Positions 59,253-64,000 of a DNA stretch of 64,000 nucleotides are shown one piece after another; position 1 is the stretch's first letter; every line of letters starts with the position of its first letter. Origin of the DNA: Thermodesulfobacteriota bacterium. Lineage in GTDB: Bacteria; Desulfobacterota; QYQD01. Both the position numbers and the translations under genes were made by a program. Below the pieces are notes generated by a model, which saw only the letters and a list, made by a program, of their open reading frames with translations, searched no databases and had not been told where the DNA came from. The stretch lies in contig JAVHLC010000011.1 in assembly GCA_031082315.1 (NCBI GenBank), positions 35,117 to 99,116 on the forward strand. The letters run 5' to 3'.

Positions 59253-59461
59253 TTCTCTCCGTCAATATAAGCCCTTTATGATAGCTTATTCCAAGAAAAG
59301 CAAATCTTATGCCATAGTTTTAACTTATTGTTTTTATAACATATGCTTAAATGAGTCTTTATAAAAAGTGGAAAAAGTTTACCACTTAAGGAGAAAAGTT
59401 TTTCTTCTTTTAGTAATTTATTTTCACCTTGTTTATGTACTGTGAGGTTTAACTTAGTAAA

Positions 59462-60280
59462 TTAGGAGCGATGAGTTGTCCATTTTCTTATTACGAGGCC
59501 AATCAAGCCGCTGGCTAAGAGAAGTATGGCTGAAGGCTCGGGGATCGTTACATCTGGAGGATCGAGAGGTTGGATAAACGTGGCGTATCCCACTCCCCAC
59601 GGGTTACCAAGTTCAAGAAATGGTTTCCATACAAGGGTTTCATCTTCGTTCCAGGTAGTATACAGTCCATAGCAAAAATTATCCGGGTCGTATCCCAATA
59701 CCGGTACGAAGTGGTCCGTACCCCCGTTGCCGTCAGTATCGACCAGGAACATCAGAGGCCGTCCGGCATCGATTTCAGCAATCAAACTGTCCCATGTGGA
59801 ATTGCTATTATATGGCTCGTACCAGGCATCAAAAGTATATCCACGATAGTCGGCGAATCCGGTAAAAGCGTCGTCAGCGAAAGACTGGTAACTCCAACCG
59901 TAGCCAAGAGGATCTTCCGAGGTATGAAAGAAGTCAGCGACACTGGTGTCGGGCGGTTCAGGTAAATCGGAATTATCCGGCGTCGGATCATACTTTTCAT
60001 TGTGTGCCGGACTGGAAATATGGTCTTGGACATTCGCGGTTAGACAGACGCTATCCCATCCGCTGGCATCAAATAAATTGTCATAGCCGTGGAGGTCCCA
60101 GTAGCCGATAACAGAGGCGGCGGCAGTAGGCCCACAGCCGTGGTACCAATTGTAGGCCGGGACATTTGAGAGAGTCACCGGTAAGGCAGCAGCAGGAGGT
60201 ATATTCATCAGCCATAATGCCGCTGTTTCTACCAGAAAGAAGCTTATCGTTATAAGTAAAAACTTACGAATGAATAACAT
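59462..60280 (-). CDS. PEP-CTERM protein with an N-terminal putative papain-like/C39-like cysteine peptidase-type domain
   Basis: 272 aa. Has a signal peptide, a WYHGCGPTAAASVIGYW Cys motif, a later DHF His, and a C-terminal IPEPSAILLLASGLIGLVIRK. Confidence 0.45.
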   Translation of the reverse strand: MLFIRKFLLITISFFLVETAALWLMNIPPAAALPVTLSNVPAYNWYHGCGPTAAASVIGYWDLHGYDNLFDASGWDSVCLTANVQDHISSPAHNEKYDPTPDNSDLPEPPDTSVADFFHTSEDPLGYGWSYQSFADDAFTGFADYRGYTFDAWYEPYNSNSTWDSLIAEIDAGRPLMFLVDTDGNGGTDHFVPVLGYDPDNFCYGLYTTWNEDETLVWKPFLELGNPWGVGYATFIQPLDPPDVTIPEPSAILLLASGLIGLVIRKWTTHRS

Positions 60281-60530
60281 CCTTCCCTCCCTGGATTGGA
60301 TACCTCTATTATATCGGTTTAGACGAGAAGTTTGTTAATAAAGGAGGTATCCCTTCCTGTGACGATTGGGATATCTTATAGCACAGTGGGTTTGTGGATG
60401 CAAGAATTGATCGACGGCATCATAAGGGTTTGAAAGATGCGATGGAAGATATGTGACTAGGCCCGCGGCTGAGATGAAAAAACCTTACTTAGAACCACAG
60501 GATAGCAGCGTCAAATATTATATTGGCCCC

Positions 60531-61292
60531 CTATTTCTTTTTAGAAAATTTTTTTCTGCCGAAAGCGGCCAAGCCTATCAGCCCGGAGCCCAAAAGGGCC
60601 ATGGTAGCCGGTTCAGGAACCGGAGTGCCACCTCCCGTAAACCTTTCATAGACTACATCGTTGGAACAATTCACGGTCCAGCTGATAATGAAGTCATCTG
60701 AACCAAGGTATATTGGGTAATCTGAGAAGTCAAAAAAAGAGGTGACTTCAGTGCCTGTTGCCCCGGGGATTTGCCAACCTGAAAAATGGGTGGTTTGTGC
60801 AGTAGTGGAGGTGCCTACATTAATCGCAATTGGGTGACTGTCCCTGATATAGTAACCAGACCAAGTACCTGTATTGTCATTACCCGAAAGTATATAGGAT
60901 GAGTCATTATTACCCTTTATCGAGGAAAGATTAATAGAGAAAAGACCGTAATCGCCTGCTGTTTTTTGCCCATTTGTCTTCACCAGATAGTTCCAGGTAT
61001 TATCCGCTCCAATATCAATAAAAAGGTCACTCGGTTTCAACACATTCCAAATACTCAGATAATTATCTGCCTTATAATTAAAGCAAATGTTTTCAAGATA
61101 ACCATTACTTGATATAGATACCTTACCTCCGGTAAAACTTGGTATTCCAATGGTGTCCTTATAGTCATCAGCCGTTCCATTGTTCCATGTAGGCCAATAG
61201 TAAGAAGTATCGCTAAAGGGAATCTCTATCGCAACAGCCTGTGACGAGACAAAAATAATCAATAAAACAAGCAAAGCCAACCGCTTTTTCAT
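60531..61292 (-). CDS. PEP-CTERM sorting-domain secreted protein
   Basis: The MKKRLALLVLLIIF signal-peptide start at 61292 is preferred over the listed 61331. The C-terminus reads VPEPATMALLGSGLIGLAAFGRKK. Confidence 0.65.
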   Translation of the reverse strand: MKKRLALLVLLIIFVSSQAVAIEIPFSDTSYYWPTWNNGTADDYKDTIGIPSFTGGKVSISSNGYLENICFNYKADNYLSIWNVLKPSDLFIDIGADNTWNYLVKTNGQKTAGDYGLFSINLSSIKGNNDSSYILSGNDNTGTWSGYYIRDSHPIAINVGTSTTAQTTHFSGWQIPGATGTEVTSFFDFSDYPIYLGSDDFIISWTVNCSNDVVYERFTGGGTPVPEPATMALLGSGLIGLAAFGRKKFSKKK

Positions 61293-61588
61293 ACTGTTCT
61301 CCTGAGATGTAATGCAATGCCCACATGCCATATGGCAAGGGTAATTGTTACTAGCACTTTTTGCTCAAACAAAAAATAGCAACTTTTATGCCAACGTATT
61401 TAAAATGACCCCGGAATATAATAAATATAATGTTGTCAATTAGTTATAATAAATGGGAAAATCTGGTACAGGCCGTCAATCAATTAAGAAGTGGAAATGA
61501 AATACCAATTGTGAGAACTTCATTTCCACTGTGTGTAAAACTTTTCACATTTTTACAGGTATTGACCCAAAATTAGGAAAAAGGGGGT

Positions 61589-62173
61589 TCAATTTTCTAC
61601 AATTACATAGGGTGCTATTTCTTTTAGTTTCTTTTCCCCGATCCCCTCGACATTCATAAGATCAGCAATGTCTTTGTACGGTCCATTTTGTTCGCGGAAG
61701 ATAATGATGCGCCGGGCAAGTTGCGGCCCGATGCCGGGGATTAGTTCCAGATTCTGTTCCGTGGCCGTGTTTAAAGGCATTGATATGTCCAGGAGAAGGC
61801 GTTCGGGATTGGTCATGGGGATAATTTTAATCTCATTTGTCCCCTCCGGTTTAGGGGTAACCAGAAGCTTTGTACCGGTAGGCACTTTCTGTGACAGGAG
61901 GACAGGGGAGTGCGAGGGATTTCGTTTCAACCCGCCGGCCCTTTCAATTACTTCTTTGACTGATGGTTGTAAGTAGAAAGTGTAGAGGCCGGGGGATCGT
62001 ACTCCACCCATGACTCGGACGTATTTTAGACCCTGGGTGGGAAATGACTCTGTAGGTGAGGCTGACCCGGGAGTTCTGCCATAAGAGAGGTAAAGACAGA
62101 CACCGAGCAGGACGACGGCTAGTAAGAGGACGGCCTGTTGCTCGTATCTGGTCATGATTATTGGGGGTTTCAT
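61589..62173 (-). CDS. comEA: ComEA-family competence protein (tandem helix-hairpin-helix DNA-binding domains)
   Basis: 194 aa with an N-terminal TM segment. The C-terminal LNTATEQNLELIPGIGPQLARRII...IADLMNVEGIGEKKL is an HhH repeat pair. Confidence 0.65.
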   Translation of the reverse strand: MKPPIIMTRYEQQAVLLLAVVLLGVCLYLSYGRTPGSASPTESFPTQGLKYVRVMGGVRSPGLYTFYLQPSVKEVIERAGGLKRNPSHSPVLLSQKVPTGTKLLVTPKPEGTNEIKIIPMTNPERLLLDISMPLNTATEQNLELIPGIGPQLARRIIIFREQNGPYKDIADLMNVEGIGEKKLKEIAPYVIVEN

Positions 62174-62300
62174 TATATGGCGGTCAGCTATCAGCGCTCA
62201 GCGTTCAGCTTAAGATGCTGGTTGTCTTGATTTTTTGCTGAGAGCTGACGGCTGATGGCTGAAAGCGTGAATCCGGAAACGGTAGTTTCCGGATGAACAC
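62165..62300. repeat. B-family MITE-like element, copy B3 (left TIR degraded), between cimA and comEA
   Basis: ggcggtcagctatcagcgctcagcgttcagcttaa...gctgatggctgaaagcgtgaatccggaaacggtagtttccggatgaacac. The comEA ATG falls in the remnant GTTTCAT of the left TIR. Confidence 0.65.
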
Positions 62301-62303
62301 TAA

Positions 62304-63893
62304 TTAATTTAACCCCTTTTTCTTTTTGCTGTCTTTAAGGAGCTTATAATTAATGCCATCCACGAGGGCCTGCCAACTGGCCTCGATGATGTCTGTGGAA
62401 ACGCCCACCGTGCCCCAGGTATCTTCCCTGTCGCTGCTTTCGATAAGCACTCTCACCCGGGCGCCGGTGCCGGTCTTATCAGGGATGACGCGTACCTTAT
62501 AGTCATCGAGGTGAATTTCCTTGAGTTCCGGATAAAACTTTTCCAGGGCCTTACGGATGGCATTGTCCAGGGCGTTTACCGGCCCATTGCCGATGGCGGC
62601 CGTATGCTCGACCTTCCCGCCGACTCCAAGCATGATGGTTGCTTCCGCCTGCGCCTCATCGTCTTCTTTTGATTTCTGGTCAATGACTCGGAACCCAAGA
62701 AGATCGAAATATTTTTTCTGCGTACCGAGGGCCCTTTGCATCAAGAGTTCAAAGGAGGCCTCGGCTCCTTCAAACTGATATCCCTGATTTTCCAGTTCCT
62801 TGAGTTGCTTCAATATCTCCAGTACAACCGGATCACGACTTTCGAGGTCCAGGCCGTACCGCATAGCCTTATGGAGGATATTGCTCTTTCCGGAGAGGTC
62901 GGATATAAGTATCCGCTGTATATTTCCCACCTTTTCCGGACGGATGTGTTCATAGGTCTCCGGATTTCTCTGCACGGCGCTTACGTGGATGCCTCCCTTG
63001 TGAGCAAAGGCGCTGGCCCCTACATAGGGTTGATATTTGTTGTGGGGCAGGTTGGCAATTTCCGTTATAAACCGCGATATCTCACTGAGCCTGGTGAGCT
63101 GCTCATCTGTGATGCATGGTATCTTCATTTTCAGCATCAGGGTGGGAACGATCGTACACAGGTTGGCGTTCCCGCAGCGTTCACCATAGCCGTTCATCGT
63201 CCCCTGTACCTGAGAAGCCCCCAGCTCCGCGGCAACCAGGGAATTAGCCACCGCCAATCCGCTATCGTTGTGGGTATGAATGCCAAAGGAGACATTTTTA
63301 AATTCTTTTTTTACTTTATTAATGATCTTGGCCACTTCCTGGGGCAGCGTCCCGCCATTGGTATCACAGAGGACAAGGCAGTCCACACCGGCAGAGACGG
63401 CCTGCCTCAGCGTGGCCAGGGCATAATCCGGCTGGGCCTTAAATCCGTCAAAGAAATGTTCGGCATCGTAAAAAAGCTTCTTCACATGGGGACGGAGATA
63501 AGCCACGGAGTCACGGATTATCTCCAGGTTGCGCTCCAGGCTGATACGGAGGGCATCACGGACGTGGACATCCCAGGTCTTGCCAAAGATAGTAATAACC
63601 TCTGTCTGTGCCTCTACAAGGGCGCGCAGGTTAACATCTTGTTCCGGTGTGTTACGCGGATTATGGGTGCTGCCAAAGGCCGTAATCCTGGCCGAGGAAA
63701 GGGCGTAATTTCTTATTTCCTTAAAGAACTGTACGTCCTTGGGGTTTGACCCGGGCCACCCACCCTCGATATAGTGGATACCTAATTCATCGAGCTTTAG
63801 AGAAATCCGTACCTTGTCTTCGACCGAAACGTTAAAATCTTCGGCCTGGGTGCCGTCTCTTAATGTAGTATCATAGATTTCCATACGTCGCAT
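62304..63893 (-). CDS. cimA: (R)-citramalate synthase (LeuA-family, Geobacter/Methanococcus type)
   Basis: 529 aa. Shows block-by-block similarity to the Geobacter CimA I recall ([48 protein letters not shown]..., plus the C-terminal LeuA dimerisation/regulatory domain). Confidence 0.7.
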   Translation of the reverse strand: MRRMEIYDTTLRDGTQAEDFNVSVEDKVRISLKLDELGIHYIEGGWPGSNPKDVQFFKEIRNYALSSARITAFGSTHNPRNTPEQDVNLRALVEAQTEVITIFGKTWDVHVRDALRISLERNLEIIRDSVAYLRPHVKKLFYDAEHFFDGFKAQPDYALATLRQAVSAGVDCLVLCDTNGGTLPQEVAKIINKVKKEFKNVSFGIHTHNDSGLAVANSLVAAELGASQVQGTMNGYGERCGNANLCTIVPTLMLKMKIPCITDEQLTRLSEISRFITEIANLPHNKYQPYVGASAFAHKGGIHVSAVQRNPETYEHIRPEKVGNIQRILISDLSGKSNILHKAMRYGLDLESRDPVVLEILKQLKELENQGYQFEGAEASFELLMQRALGTQKKYFDLLGFRVIDQKSKEDDEAQAEATIMLGVGGKVEHTAAIGNGPVNALDNAIRKALEKFYPELKEIHLDDYKVRVIPDKTGTGARVRVLIESSDREDTWGTVGVSTDIIEASWQALVDGINYKLLKDSKKKKGLN

Positions 63894-64000
63894 TCTTGAT
63901 ACCTCTTAAAAATTCGAATTTCGAAATTCGAATCAGTTTAGCTGGTTGAAAAAGTATTCTTAAATCCCTCCCAACCTCCCTTTTTCAAAGGGAGGAGAAA

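Noticed and set aside
1-64000. CRISPR arrays, rRNA and tRNA genes
   Set aside because: No regularly spaced direct repeats with unique spacers. No tRNA T-arm (GGTTCGA-like) or anticodon-arm signatures in the intergenic regions examined. No rRNA-like conserved blocks.

Overview
This is a 64 kb chromosomal window that looks like a Desulfobacterota / delta-proteobacterial genome. The clues are a Geobacter-type citramalate synthase, several PEP-CTERM proteins, and an HdrA-MvhD-MetV-MetF-HdrCB cluster; GC content is roughly 55%.

The housekeeping backbone is clear:
- a bifurcating-type methylene-THF reductase cluster (hdrA 3' end, mvhD, metV, metF, hdrCB-like) followed by glgA;
- metG-ricT-holB-yhaM-purL on the minus strand;
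- glnS, catalase, holA, mogA, an EF-G paralog and pilT-pilT/U;
- an Opp/Dpp-type ABC transporter, a large TPR protein, a tungsten-type aldehyde:ferredoxin oxidoreductase, three PEP-CTERM proteins, comEA and cimA.

Several accessory and mobile features are interleaved with this backbone:
1. The HdrC-like and HdrB-like ORFs share one reading frame and are separated only by a single TGA, with a hairpin 16 nt downstream. This is a candidate selenocysteine-containing HdrD-like Fe-S oxidoreductase.
2. An IS200/RAYT-like transposase with 24-bp terminal inverted repeats sits against the 3' remnant of a brnT toxin gene, leaving an orphan brnA next to an intact higBA pair.
3. At least five intergenic repeat families are present: variable-stem hairpin elements, a TIR-bearing MITE, a duplicated about 140-bp promoter module, and short-period palindromic tandem repeats.
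4. The most striking feature is a roughly 480-500 nt ORF-free element in two about 90%-identical direct copies. It is densely packed with hairpins and carries similar subterminal hairpins at both ends. The copies bracket a HEPN-motif protein gene and a DUF2703-like gene. Nearby are a trypsin-like protease, a DUF429-like protein and an AT-rich nucleoside-2-deoxyribosyltransferase-like two-gene islet. Together this forms a candidate undescribed RNA-associated accessory or defense locus.

No rRNA, tRNA or CRISPR array was found.
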